A stretch of 63,236 nucleotides of DNA from positions 1 through 63,236 of IMG/VR virus record IMGVR_UViG_3300043399_000170; one strand, 5' to 3'. This document shows, piece after piece, positions 16,400 to 26,617 of this stretch. The DNA comes from a virus (lineage: Duplodnaviria; Caudoviricetes). Positions within the stretch are counted from its first letter, which is position 1; each line of letters starts with the position of its first letter. A program made the translations under genes and the position numbers. The notes under the pieces were generated by a model. The model was not told the DNA's origin. It saw only the letters and a list, made by a program, of their open reading frames with translations, and made no database searches.

Positions 16400-16978
16400 A
16401 TGATTTTAGAGCCTCGGCTAGACCCGGATGAGATTGAGTATCTGAAGGGGGAGATGAGCAGAATCAAGCCCGGAACAAAACTTGTAGAATTTGGTTCTGG
16501 TGGTTCAACCTTAATGTTCCTGCCATATTTTTCTGAGGGAACATTTATTTCGATTGAACACAACCGAGAATGGTTTGATAAAGTCAACGAGGCAATCGAG
16601 AAGACAGACATTCCTCCGGCGGCATTAAAGGGCTTCAGCTATTGCTGGCGTCCGCCGACGTACAACAATGGCATGGTTGATCTTCGCTTCTATGGCTATG
16701 GTGTGCCGTTCGAAGAGAATCCGTGCTTTGCGGCTGACTATATCAATCCCGAATCTTCCGGCGTAAATATCTTCGACGCCGATATCTTCTTCGTGGATGG
16801 TATCTGCCGGGGCGCTGTACTCGCAACGATCTATGCGCGATCTACAAACCCAGACGCGGTAGTCTACGTCCATGACTACTACGGGCCTGAGAACCGTGAG
16901 CCGTGGTATAACTGGGCATCCGGCTTGTACAAGCGCCGTGAACGTGTTGGCTCCACATTGGCGAGGTTGCACCTGTGA
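16400..16978 (+). CDS. Class I SAM-dependent methyltransferase
   Basis: LVEFGSGGST, SIEHN.EW, FVDG..R, VHDY. Confidence 0.8.
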   Translation: MILEPRLDPDEIEYLKGEMSRIKPGTKLVEFGSGGSTLMFLPYFSEGTFISIEHNREWFDKVNEAIEKTDIPPAALKGFSYCWRPPTYNNGMVDLRFYGYGVPFEENPCFAADYINPESSGVNIFDADIFFVDGICRGAVLATIYARSTNPDAVVYVHDYYGPENREPWYNWASGLYKRRERVGSTLARLHL

Positions 16979-17190
16979 GCAAAGAATTAGAAATCGTGAG
17001 CATCGTTGACAATGACGATGGTACTGCTACAGTGGTTCTTGAGATGGATCTTGATACGCTGAAGGTGTTCGCCAGCATCGGGCTGATGGAGGTCTTCCGG
17101 GCAAAGGCAATGGAGGCGAACGGTGGACATTCTGACGCCGAAGGGGCAGATGACGAGGCTTCAGGAGAAGGAAGCGATAACTCTGTTTGA
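16975..17190 (+). CDS. Hypothetical protein
   Basis: GTGA coupling; NDDGTATV. Confidence 0.6.
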   Translation: MSKELEIVSIVDNDDGTATVVLEMDLDTLKVFASIGLMEVFRAKAMEANGGHSDAEGADDEASGEGSDNSV

Positions 17191-17602
17191 GGAGTCGTTT
17201 CCGGGGTATAAGTTTATCGAAACCCCGAAAGATCTCCCAGCAGACATTGACGGCTTGATAACACACAAAGACAAGCTAGTGTCGTGTGTAGAAGTCAAGT
17301 GCCGAAACATGACGATGGACATGTTCGTCAATCAGTTCGGCAAGCAATGGCTCATTACCGCAGACAAGATCGACAGGTGCGTGGACGTAAGCAAGAGCCT
17401 CGGAATTGACTTCCGGGGCTTTCTCTATCTTGTGCCGGAAAAGACACTGCTGATTGTCCCGATATGGTCATACGAAAAAGGCTATATTTGTCAAATAGAT
17501 AGGCAGATGACGGAGACACAGGCTACTGTGAATGGCGGCACGGCCTTCAGGGAAAACGCATACATCCATGTCGAGAATGTCACAGCCCTCCGTCAAGTCT
17601 AA
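17123..17602 (+). CDS. PD-(D/E)xK-like nuclease
   Basis: IDGL...VEVKCR; GGAGG RBS. Confidence 0.7.
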   Translation: MDILTPKGQMTRLQEKEAITLFEESFPGYKFIETPKDLPADIDGLITHKDKLVSCVEVKCRNMTMDMFVNQFGKQWLITADKIDRCVDVSKSLGIDFRGFLYLVPEKTLLIVPIWSYEKGYICQIDRQMTETQATVNGGTAFRENAYIHVENVTALRQV

Positions 17603-17897
17603 GCGGTTTAGAAGCAAGAAGCATATGGCCATGGTTCGCAGCCATGGCTGTTGCATTTGTAAGAACCCCGTGTGTGATGCACACCATCTGAGATCTGAAG
17701 GCCACTTGGCTTCTGCGGCGCTAAAGAATGGTGATGACTTCACGATCCCGTTGTGCCGCAAGCATCATGATGAGCTTCATGCTTTCGGGGATGAGAAATT
17801 ATTTTTGGCTTTACACGGACTCGATGCCGTGTTAATTTTGCGCGAAATAAATGGAGGTACTGATGACATTCAAGGTGAAGATCCGGGCGAAAATTGA
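17568..17897 (+). CDS. DUF968/Ref-like Zn-HNH protein
   Basis: CCIC...AHHLR...D.FTIPLCRKHH.ELH. Confidence 0.8.
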   Translation: MSRMSQPSVKSKRFRSKKHMAMVRSHGCCICKNPVCDAHHLRSEGHLASAALKNGDDFTIPLCRKHHDELHAFGDEKLFLALHGLDAVLILREINGGTDDIQGEDPGEN

Positions 17898-18417
17898 ACA
17901 CTCAGCCGCAGGGGCGTTCGCCCTTGAGCGCCACGGTGAACAAGATCATGGCTGCCTAAAGATTGGCGATCATCTCCGCGATGTGGTACACAATGTTATG
18001 AGAAATTACGATCCTCATATTAATATCAGATGTCCAGAAGAAGTTATTGCTGCTGCTTGGTGCCATGATTTAGTGGAGGACACAGATACAACTCTGGAGG
18101 AAATAGCTGAAAGATTTGGAGATAGCGTTGAGGAACTCGTCTCTTTGTTGACTGATAAAGAGGGTCGCAATCGTATGGAGAGGCAACTAAAAACATATCA
18201 TATGATTAGGCGCGACCCAGACGCGACTTTGATCAAGCTTTGCGACCGTTTTCACAATCATGCTCGATCCATCCAGTACGGTGAAAAGTATGCTACAATG
18301 TATCGGGACGAGTATATTCGCTTCAAGTTTGCTTTGTATCAGCCGGGCCGATTTACCGCGCTGTGGTCCCAGCTTGACGATCAGTACAAGCAGTTGGAGG
18401 ATCTATTGACATGGTAA
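17851..18417 (+). CDS. RelA/SpoT-type HD hydrolase (small alarmone hydrolase, Mesh1-like)
   Basis: H..Q, HL..V, HDLVEDT, FG..V..LV..LTD, IKL.DR.HN; no synthetase domain. Confidence 0.85.
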   Translation: MEVLMTFKVKIRAKIEHSAAGAFALERHGEQDHGCLKIGDHLRDVVHNVMRNYDPHINIRCPEEVIAAAWCHDLVEDTDTTLEEIAERFGDSVEELVSLLTDKEGRNRMERQLKTYHMIRRDPDATLIKLCDRFHNHARSIQYGEKYATMYRDEYIRFKFALYQPGRFTALWSQLDDQYKQLEDLLTW

Positions 18418-18917
18418 CACAGCATCGCCTTAAGGAAGTTTTGGATTACAATTTTGATACGGGAGTCTTTACGTGGAAAAAGAAGACTTCTAAGAAGATT
18501 GTCGTTGGTCAAGTTGCGGGATGCCTTGATGGTCAAGGGTACATTATGATCAAAGTCGATGGTAAAATTTACAAGGCTCACCGACTTGCGTGGCTTTACG
18601 TAAATGGAGCTTTCCCAAGTAGGCAAATTGATCATATTAATAGGGTTAAAGCTGACAATCGAATCTGTAATCTTAGGGAAGCGCTTCCGTGGGAGAACCA
18701 GCAAAACCACCCGATGCATTCCAGCAATACAAGTGGAGTTGTCGGTGTTAATTGGAGCAGGCATGCTAAGAAGTGGAGAGCACAAATAAAGCACAATGGC
18801 CGAAATCTTCATTTGGGGTACTACGAAAACATGGAAGATGCCATCGTTGCCCGCGCTATGGCAAAGGCGAAGTATCATACATTCCATCCGGAGGATAGCA
18901 ATGAAAAAGCCGCGTAA
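18411..18917 (+). CDS. HNH-AP2 homing endonuclease, copy 2
   Basis: Same motifs as 15883-16377; shared AKAKYHTFH.ED C-terminus. Confidence 0.9.
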   Translation: MVTQHRLKEVLDYNFDTGVFTWKKKTSKKIVVGQVAGCLDGQGYIMIKVDGKIYKAHRLAWLYVNGAFPSRQIDHINRVKADNRICNLREALPWENQQNHPMHSSNTSGVVGVNWSRHAKKWRAQIKHNGRNLHLGYYENMEDAIVARAMAKAKYHTFHPEDSNEKAA

Positions 18918-19143
18918 TTTTCGTGAAGAATATGATGCGTATCACGCCAAACCTGAACAAAAGAAAAGACGTGCCGAGCGTAATGCCGCTCGTCGCAAGG
19001 CAATGGCTGATGGCAAGGTGAAGAAGGGCGATGGCAAGGAAGTCGATCACATTGGAGCGCCGCGCACTGGCAGTCTAGATGGCGTGCCAACACAGGTGAT
19101 CAGCAAGAAGGCCAATCGAGTCAAACAGCCGAAGAGGTCGTGA
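18901..19143 (+). CDS. Small basic HNH-like protein
   Basis: RNFREEY...RAERNAARR...GDGKEVDH...ANR. Confidence 0.75.
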   Translation: MKKPRNFREEYDAYHAKPEQKKRRAERNAARRKAMADGKVKKGDGKEVDHIGAPRTGSLDGVPTQVISKKANRVKQPKRS

Positions 19144-19144
19144 T

Positions 19145-19534
19145 ATGCATATTCCGTGGGGTTCTCCTCGCTTTGATATAAAAGACATGATTGGCAAGAC
19201 GTTTGTCTCTGTTGCCAATATTGGAGATCAATTCCTTTCTTTTACCGCAGAAAATGGTGATAAGTATGTCTTTTATCATGATCAAGATTGTTGTGAAACT
19301 GTCGAAATACAAGACGTAGTTGGCGATCTTGAAGATCTTGTTGGGTCGCCGATACTTGAAGCTGACGAAGCAAGCAACAATGAAGAAGGTGACTGGGACT
19401 CAAGAACGTGGACGTTCTATAAGTTTGGAACGATAAAGGGGCATGTCAACATCCGCTGGCTTGGCAGTTCAAACGGATACTACAGTGAGTCAGTCGATCA
19501 ATGTATCATCAAGGCTGGAGGTGTTGATGACTGA
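19145..19534 (+). CDS. Conserved phage protein
   Basis: H.QDCCE...WTFYK..T.KG...RW.G.SNGYYSE. Confidence 0.8.
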   Translation: MHIPWGSPRFDIKDMIGKTFVSVANIGDQFLSFTAENGDKYVFYHDQDCCETVEIQDVVGDLEDLVGSPILEADEASNNEEGDWDSRTWTFYKFGTIKGHVNIRWLGSSNGYYSESVDQCIIKAGGVDD

Positions 19535-19979
19535 GTGGGCGAAGCAGAACACGCTCCAGTGCGAAGTCGTCAAGGTGGCCATGGCTCAGGACAAAAATGG
19601 CCATATCCTGAAATTGTCCATACATCCCAATGACTTACCGAATGATTTAGTCCTTGACCCGCTTGGCACCCGCTATATAATGGTGCTTGCTAGGCTGAAC
19701 GATCAGGACGAGGTGGTCCAGCCAAAGGAAAAGAGCGAAGGTGATAAGGCGGTGGATATTGCCGGTCTTTTGTGCCGTAATCCTCGGTTCATTGCTTGGC
19801 TTTTTAGCCGGGGTTACAGTGGTGGCGACACTCAGGCTGATGCCATTGAAGGAATTCGAGACTATTGTTCCATACAATCCCGCGCCGAGTTGGCGTCCAA
19901 CAAGGACGCTCGTAGCAAATTCAATGAGTTGAAGGCCGAGTTTGAGGCCGCAGTTAAGAAGGGAGAAGTGCCGAAATGA
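19527..19979 (+). CDS. Hypothetical protein
   Basis: GGAGGT RBS before ATG 19527; HPND.P...G.RY. Confidence 0.75.
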   Translation: MTEWAKQNTLQCEVVKVAMAQDKNGHILKLSIHPNDLPNDLVLDPLGTRYIMVLARLNDQDEVVQPKEKSEGDKAVDIAGLLCRNPRFIAWLFSRGYSGGDTQADAIEGIRDYCSIQSRAELASNKDARSKFNELKAEFEAAVKKGEVPK

Positions 19980-20794
19980 ATTTTGAACGGTTGTTTGAGA
20001 AGTACGAGCAGTCTTCGGGGTTTGCAAAACTCTCGGTGACATCTAAACAGAAGTATATCTACATCTCCAAGCGCCTTGTCGAGGATCTGGGCGACATCGA
20101 TATCACCACGATGCGCCGCTCGACGTTTATTAACCTTCAGTCGAAATACAAAGATCGCCCCGCAATGGCGAACCTGATGACGCGGATTGCGTCCATCGCT
20201 TTGTCTTATGCTGTTGATCTGGACATTCTCCCGGCCAACCCTATTGCGGGCATGAAGAACCTGAAGATCGGCTCCTTTCAGCGCTGGGAACCGGACGAGG
20301 TTCGCTTCGTGATTGGCTTGGGCGACAGGAGAATCTCTACGGCGGTGGCGCTGGCGTGGTATACAGGGCAGCGTGAGTCCGACATCCTCAATATGCGCTG
20401 GCGTGACATCAAGGATGGCTACCTGACGGTGGTGCAGTCCAAGACAGGCAGCGAGTTGAAGATCAAGCTTCACCCGGATCTTGTCTCCCTGCTTGACAGC
20501 ATTCGCGGTGAAACCATCGAAAGCCATTACATCGTGTCAGGCGACAAGCCTATGAGCGGTGACGCTTTCAGGACTGCCTTCAGGCGCAAACTTGCGCCTC
20601 TTGGTTTCCATAAGACGTTCCACGGCATCCGTAAGGGCGTTGCTTCGTCTCTGGCTGAGAATGGTAGCTCGCTAAAAGAGATCGCCGCCATACTTGGACA
20701 CAAGTCCATTAAAATGGCGGCGTATTACTCGGAGCAAGCCAGCGGAAAAAAGCTGGTCGAAAACGCAGTAAGTAGCATTACCTCCTGCGTTTAA
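19976..20794 (+). CDS. int: Tyrosine recombinase / integrase
   Basis: TGQR.SD, QSKTG, FHGIRK, LGH, catalytic Y in AAYY. Confidence 0.92.
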   Translation: MNFERLFEKYEQSSGFAKLSVTSKQKYIYISKRLVEDLGDIDITTMRRSTFINLQSKYKDRPAMANLMTRIASIALSYAVDLDILPANPIAGMKNLKIGSFQRWEPDEVRFVIGLGDRRISTAVALAWYTGQRESDILNMRWRDIKDGYLTVVQSKTGSELKIKLHPDLVSLLDSIRGETIESHYIVSGDKPMSGDAFRTAFRRKLAPLGFHKTFHGIRKGVASSLAENGSSLKEIAAILGHKSIKMAAYYSEQASGKKLVENAVSSITSCV

Positions 20795-23700
20795 CGTCCA
20801 AGCTTCTCGTTTATTTCGTCCACCTTTGAGGCGATGGTGATGCGTAGCTGACGCAAATTCTCCATCGCCTCTCTCTTTTCGTCGGCGGTCATGTCAGGAT
20901 CGCTTTCGATACGGCGCTCCTGAGCATTCATCTTGTTCAGGCCATCGACCATTTTGAAGATGTACTTCCGGTACGTGAGGATGTCCTTATTCTCCTCGAC
21001 GTAATCCTTCACGGCCTCAACATCACCGATTTGCTTAAGCCTGCTGAACGTCCGGTTTGCCTCGTCGGCAATCTGGAAGAGTTCATAAGCCTGCGTTACC
21101 ACCTTCGGGTTCTTCTTCTCGGCGTCAATGAAGACGCGGCGCACCACAGGAAGCTTTGTCAGGTCGGTTGGCATGCGCTCAGGACCGATATTAACGCCGT
21201 CCATTGCCACACCTACGGCATCCACAATCATCGATCCAATCGGGCCGCTATAGCCCTCAATGATGTTTTCGATGATGATGGGGCTGACGCCTTCAAACTT
21301 TCCGCTTGTGAGGTTGTAGCTGACCGGGATCTTGCCGAGAAGCATCGACAGGGTTGATGTGCTTGTATTGTACTGGAGTTCAGGCGACAGTCTGGCCTTG
21401 CCCTCTGAGATCAGCGGCAATCCCGTGTAGAAGTCGATGTTCCACCAAGCTTCCGCCAGAGGCAACACTGCCTGCGGCACAAAATTGACGCCGAATGTTG
21501 CGCCAAACTGAGTGGTGAACAGGTTGAGGTTTTCCCGTGTTGAGGCATCACCCGACATCGTTTTGTAGAACTGCTGCGGGAATGTGCTGAACAGAAGACC
21601 GGCTTCGAACGGTTTCGGGATCGCGAGGAATTCGCCCTTCATTCCGAGGGGCGCAAGTGGGATCAGGAGATTGCCAGTCTTAATGTACTCGTCAAGGTTC
21701 TTGTAATCCTCGTCATCCGAGTTGATCATTTCCAGCAGCATCGAAAGCGCTGCCAGCATGCCACCACGGACGAGGAACTTCTTGCCGAGGTTATAGTCCT
21801 TCTCACCAAGGGATTGGCCCATAGCCATGCGCTTGCCCGCCCTGATGGCCTGCCAGAGAACGTCGAGGCCCTGCACACGGGCATTCAAGAACGGGATCAG
21901 CTTGGTCAGGACGCCCATCACGGCGCTGCCACCGCGACGGCTGAAGTCCATGATCTCGATGGCGCGGAACGCCGCCTCAGCCTCAGACATGCCTTGATTT
22001 ATGGCTGATTCGTAGATGGCAATACGGGTGGCTGCGTCAGAGGCTTCAGATAGTGCGCCAAGGCGATCCCAGAGGGCGACTGTAGCACCTATGCCAGCAT
22101 CAAGGTTCGGCACCTTATGCACGTTCTTCGGGGCTGCAATGCGGCTGATCTTATCAGCAAGCTCAGACGGCTGGAGCATCGCAAGGTCATAGGACCCAAC
22201 AACACCGCGCCCCATGAGGGCTTGGAAGCTGGCTTCCTTCTTGAGAGCCTTCTTAAAACCCCGCATTGTGCCGAGGAAGGGAGTGATGTCTTCGCCGCTG
22301 GTGATCCAAGACGAGAGCGTGTCACGCAGAAGGTTGGCCACCATGAAGCCGGGGTCGCGAGTAACCGACTCACGGATCGCCTGAGTCGGAAGCCCAAGCA
22401 CCTTCATGAAGCCGCCCATGTCGATGCTGTCGCTGGAGCCAAGCGCCGTGACGAGAAGCGGATCCTTTACCGCGAACCGCTTCTGGACGCCGTTCTCCCT
22501 GAAGAACATGACCTGCTGGGCTTCTCCGTTCTGCTCGTCCGGATCCTCGCCTGTATTCAGGATGCGGGCCTCACCCATCTGACGGGCAACATTAAAGGAC
22601 TTCGTCGCGGCAAGGTTCTTCGCGATGGAGTCAACCCAGAACTGAGAGTTATGGATCATCATTGCGACAGGATCGTTCAGGAGATTGCCGTAGGTTGAGC
22701 CCTTATAAGGACGGAGCTTGAACTGGCTGGCGGTCTTTGTTGCCATGCCCGGCACCATCGCGGTGTCATAGACTTCATGGTAGAAGCCATAATAGTCCAT
22801 GTCGCGCGTGAGATTATTAAGCTCTGTCTGCTTGATGACACCAGCCTTGACGGCGGACTCCAGCAGCTTCTTGTTGAAGCGCTGATACATTTTGTAAGCT
22901 TCAATGACTTCTGGGTAGTTCTGTTCGGTAAACGGTATAACCTCGCGGATGTAGTTGCTGTCAACCTCATTCGGGGTTGAAAGACCAGCGGCCTTCTTGT
23001 TCTTCGCTCGCATTGCTACGGCATAAGATTTGAAGATCTCTCGCTTGTCCTTCTGCTCGTTAGTGCGAGAGTCAACCGGCCCCGGCTCCATGAGAACCTT
23101 GACGACATTAAGAAGATTATCCTCGTCCTCCTCTACCTTCATCGATGCAGACTGAATGTCTCCGGGGCGCGAGAAATCGATAGCCAGACGGCCCATGCGG
23201 ATCATCGCTGCGGTAAGCTGCGAAGACCTATTACGCATTGCCAATGCGACGGTGGCGGAATCATCCGCGACCATGCGCTCAAAGTTACCAGTGAGCTTCT
23301 GGTTGAGAAGCTTCTCCAAGTACGTAACGGCTGCATTCTTATCGACAAGCGCAGCCCTACCAGACAAGCCGATCTGTGTCCACTTGCCTACGTCAATATC
23401 ACCGAAGTCAGTCCTGAGTGTCTTGACATCAGACTGCGGCTTGAAGAGAAAATCAAAGATCATCCTGCCAAACGGTACATTTTCGTGCTTAGCGAACAAC
23501 GTGTCGTTCTTTGTTTCGATGTATGTCGGAAGTGGTGCTGCCGCGAACTTCTTGCTTGCAATTGACTCAGTGGTGAACTCATTGAATTGAGACTTCAAGT
23601 TCTTCTTTGGGTTGAACACAGCCCAAACATTAGGCCCCCACTGAATCGCATCATACCCACGGAACATTGCAAGCCTTCCAACAGCGGCCTGCTCTTTTTG

Positions 23701-26583
23701 ATATCCGCTAGAGCCACCGAATTTAGGAATATTGTTTGCGTTAATGAAGTCTTCCTGCTTTTCGCGAGTGCTTAAATCAAGAACATTCTTCACGCTCGCG
23801 TAAAGTGGGATTACACGAGATTTCGTGTTCACCTTTTCGTATGTCCAGCCGGGGCCTTGCTTCAACCCCATTGCATCATTTTCAAGTGCGTAATCACTTG
23901 CCACCTCTGGAGAAGTGGTCACCCAAGTCCCGCGATCACTGTCTTTGAATGATTCAAAGATCGTGTCCTTGGATGTGCCGGTGTAAAGCTTTAGAGGCTT
24001 TCCATCACTGTCAACAAGTTTGCTGCCTGAAAACCATTTGCTGAATTCATCAGAATCAATCGGTGCCGCAGAAAACTTTGTATCCTCTATAACCGGAGGT
24101 GCTTCAGGAAAAATTTCCCGCCCCTTAACCTCACCGGATTCAATGCTCTTGAACACATCTTCCTGTGCCGAAGATTTGAGAACCCGGAAAATACGACGGA
24201 GGAATTCCGTGATGCGATTGAAAGGCCCGCGTGTCTGCGGCGGCGCGGTGCGATTACGCACCCAGTCCTTGTACATCTCCGCAACGGCTTCTTCGACAAT
24301 GGCGTCTGGATTCGCATACGCAGGGGTAATCGGCTTGCCACCCGGAGCATAAACAGCCTGAGCCTTATCGATATACGTATATTTCTTTCCCGGCACTTTC
24401 GTCGTTTCAACGGCGCGAGACAACGCCCTCCACTCTACGGGACGAAGTTGCCGACGAAGAACGTGGATGATTTCATGATTCAAGACATCGAGCAAAGCAT
24501 TGACATTTGCGTCGATTGTTAGTTTCGGGTCGATAACGCCCTTCGCAAGCTCCACAATAGTGACAACACCGTTCGGTGTGCCGTCTTTGCGAACGTTGCC
24601 ACGGATGAGGTATCCGGGCGGCGTGTCAAGCATCTCCTTGAGTTCAAGCTTTACTTCAGGCGAAGAAATGCTATCAAGGCGAGATCTGAGTCGATTGTAG
24701 ACTTCAGTGTCAAATGCTTTCTGCTCCGGCGTGTAATCCCTTGGCTCAACAACCTTCGCAATGACATCACTCGGATTTACGACGCGAGTAGCTTCTGGAA
24801 GAAGTCCAGCAGATTTCTGTCCAGCGTCTGTTGTTTCTACCTCTGGCTCTACAGGGATCGGGCCTGTCTTGGAGGCGAGCGGCTCCTCATACGGAGCGGC
24901 TTGAGATTCGACAATAGCGCCAATTCCGCCAGCAGCCGGTTCGGTCTGCACTTCTACAGCGCCAATAGGTCCAATCTCTTCAACGGCAATGGGCGCGACA
25001 TCGGCGATTTCTGCTTCGGCACCAACAGTTTCCCTAGGAGGCAACTGCTCTCCCTGAGAAGCGGGGCCACGAAGTTCATTGTACTGCTCAATGTCCGCAG
25101 CAGGCTCAGGGGCTGTCGGTGTGGCTGACGCAGAGCGAACAAACTCGTCCAGCTTTTCCAGCCGGATTGCAATCTTGTTAGCGTCCTTCTTCACTTCATT
25201 CTGGTAGAAGTCAGTCGAAAGGCCCCGGAGCTTTGCGTTACGCTCAATTGATACGGGGTCCATCATGAATTCATTGGTGGCAGTCAACTGGTCACGCAAA
25301 GCATTGCGCATGTTGACGATGTCATCCATGCTGCCAAATGTTTCCTTACCGATCTTCACGGGGAATACATCTGGACCCTTTACGGGTTCTACAGTGCGGA
25401 CATCCGCACCTGTTCTGTTCTTGTAAAGCTCAATTGCTTGATCTGCGGACTGGCGATCCGGAAGCCCTTCGATGATGTTGCCAGTCTTCGCTTTGATGGA
25501 GAAGACAGGCTGGTTGTCAACTTCCGTTTCGACAACCTCAACGGGGCCTTCGATATTCGCCTGACGCAAACGCTCGGAAGCTTCAGCGACAATGCCGCGC
25601 CTCATGTCCGCGAGGTTCTGGCGCTTCTCTGTTTCAAGATCAGATTGGAGTTCGCGATACGGACGAAGCTTACGCCCCGCCGCAATTTGAATAACACCCT
25701 CAATGAACGAACCGGCGAATGCACCGCCCGCCGCATTGCTCAGGACATCCTTACCGATCTCAACATCTGGATTGTAAACCCCGTACTCAACGAGATCATT
25801 GGCAATGCCGGAAGCAACTTCCTGACCGCCCTCGGCAAGACCAGCCTTTGTGAGGTTAGCAAGCCTGCTCTTAAGGATTTGCTCAACAATCGGAGCCTTT
25901 GATGCGGGAACTTTGCTAAGCAACTGCGTGATAGGGCCGAAGAAGCGGCCCAACGGAAGAGCCTCGCTTGCGCCAATGAGACCGCTAAGTTGCTGTGAAG
26001 CTAACTGCTGCTCAGGCGAAATTTTCATTCCCTCGCTAAGCTGCTGCTGAATTTGCTGCTCTCGCTGTGAGGCACCAATGGCAACGCCTTGTGCCGCAGC
26101 AGTTGTGGTGCCTGCCGCTCTGGCCAAGCTGAGAGCCTTCGCCCCCTTACCGGCAAGCGCAGCCGCCTTAGCTGCGCCAGAGGCGGGAACAAGGAACGAA
26201 GCAACGCCACCGAGAATCTCGGCGGCCTGCTGTGCTGTTGTCGGATCTTTAGTAGGGTCTATGCCGAAGTAGTCTTGGAGATATTTACGAGACTCCGCAG
26301 AGAATTGGCCAGCAGATGTCTTCTCAACCTGTTCTGCTGGCATGAGCAAAGCAGCAATGCCGCTTGGAATGTCAGTGAGCCCGGTGGCAAAGCCATAAGC
26401 GCCACGCCCAAGGAGCGTGGATTCATCTGGACCTTCCGCAGGTGGTTCTGTTGCAGGTGCTGGCGCAGTTGTCGTCTGGGGCTGGTATTTCGCCTTCAGA
26501 TAAGAGACAATTTCAGCGTCAGTCGCGGTGTCTTTGAATTGAACAAAGCCACCGGCCTGCGGTACGTAAATAGAACGGGCCAT
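20791..26583 (-). CDS. Large polyvalent internal virion (ejection) protein: zincin, ART-like and LPD38-like domains
   Basis: NHEIIH..EEAVAE; SKLVD.DGKP..LYTGT...YA...GYDAI; C-terminal DFSRRG, PFLNARVQG, IPKPFE. Confidence 0.8.
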   Translation of the reverse strand: MARSIYVPQAGGFVQFKDTATDAEIVSYLKAKYQPQTTTAPAPATEPPAEGPDESTLLGRGAYGFATGLTDIPSGIAALLMPAEQVEKTSAGQFSAESRKYLQDYFGIDPTKDPTTAQQAAEILGGVASFLVPASGAAKAAALAGKGAKALSLARAAGTTTAAAQGVAIGASQREQQIQQQLSEGMKISPEQQLASQQLSGLIGASEALPLGRFFGPITQLLSKVPASKAPIVEQILKSRLANLTKAGLAEGGQEVASGIANDLVEYGVYNPDVEIGKDVLSNAAGGAFAGSFIEGVIQIAAGRKLRPYRELQSDLETEKRQNLADMRRGIVAEASERLRQANIEGPVEVVETEVDNQPVFSIKAKTGNIIEGLPDRQSADQAIELYKNRTGADVRTVEPVKGPDVFPVKIGKETFGSMDDIVNMRNALRDQLTATNEFMMDPVSIERNAKLRGLSTDFYQNEVKKDANKIAIRLEKLDEFVRSASATPTAPEPAADIEQYNELRGPASQGEQLPPRETVGAEAEIADVAPIAVEEIGPIGAVEVQTEPAAGGIGAIVESQAAPYEEPLASKTGPIPVEPEVETTDAGQKSAGLLPEATRVVNPSDVIAKVVEPRDYTPEQKAFDTEVYNRLRSRLDSISSPEVKLELKEMLDTPPGYLIRGNVRKDGTPNGVVTIVELAKGVIDPKLTIDANVNALLDVLNHEIIHVLRRQLRPVEWRALSRAVETTKVPGKKYTYIDKAQAVYAPGGKPITPAYANPDAIVEEAVAEMYKDWVRNRTAPPQTRGPFNRITEFLRRIFRVLKSSAQEDVFKSIESGEVKGREIFPEAPPVIEDTKFSAAPIDSDEFSKWFSGSKLVDSDGKPLKLYTGTSKDTIFESFKDSDRGTWVTTSPEVASDYALENDAMGLKQGPGWTYEKVNTKSRVIPLYASVKNVLDLSTREKQEDFINANNIPKFGGSSGYQKEQAAVGRLAMFRGYDAIQWGPNVWAVFNPKKNLKSQFNEFTTESIASKKFAAAPLPTYIETKNDTLFAKHENVPFGRMIFDFLFKPQSDVKTLRTDFGDIDVGKWTQIGLSGRAALVDKNAAVTYLEKLLNQKLTGNFERMVADDSATVALAMRNRSSQLTAAMIRMGRLAIDFSRPGDIQSASMKVEEDEDNLLNVVKVLMEPGPVDSRTNEQKDKREIFKSYAVAMRAKNKKAAGLSTPNEVDSNYIREVIPFTEQNYPEVIEAYKMYQRFNKKLLESAVKAGVIKQTELNNLTRDMDYYGFYHEVYDTAMVPGMATKTASQFKLRPYKGSTYGNLLNDPVAMMIHNSQFWVDSIAKNLAATKSFNVARQMGEARILNTGEDPDEQNGEAQQVMFFRENGVQKRFAVKDPLLVTALGSSDSIDMGGFMKVLGLPTQAIRESVTRDPGFMVANLLRDTLSSWITSGEDITPFLGTMRGFKKALKKEASFQALMGRGVVGSYDLAMLQPSELADKISRIAAPKNVHKVPNLDAGIGATVALWDRLGALSEASDAATRIAIYESAINQGMSEAEAAFRAIEIMDFSRRGGSAVMGVLTKLIPFLNARVQGLDVLWQAIRAGKRMAMGQSLGEKDYNLGKKFLVRGGMLAALSMLLEMINSDDEDYKNLDEYIKTGNLLIPLAPLGMKGEFLAIPKPFEAGLLFSTFPQQFYKTMSGDASTRENLNLFTTQFGATFGVNFVPQAVLPLAEAWWNIDFYTGLPLISEGKARLSPELQYNTSTSTLSMLLGKIPVSYNLTSGKFEGVSPIIIENIIEGYSGPIGSMIVDAVGVAMDGVNIGPERMPTDLTKLPVVRRVFIDAEKKNPKVVTQAYELFQIADEANRTFSRLKQIGDVEAVKDYVEENKDILTYRKYIFKMVDGLNKMNAQERRIESDPDMTADEKREAMENLRQLRITIASKVDEINEKLGR

Positions 26584-26617
26584 TGAAACTCGCCATTGTT
26601 GATTGGCAATTATATAA

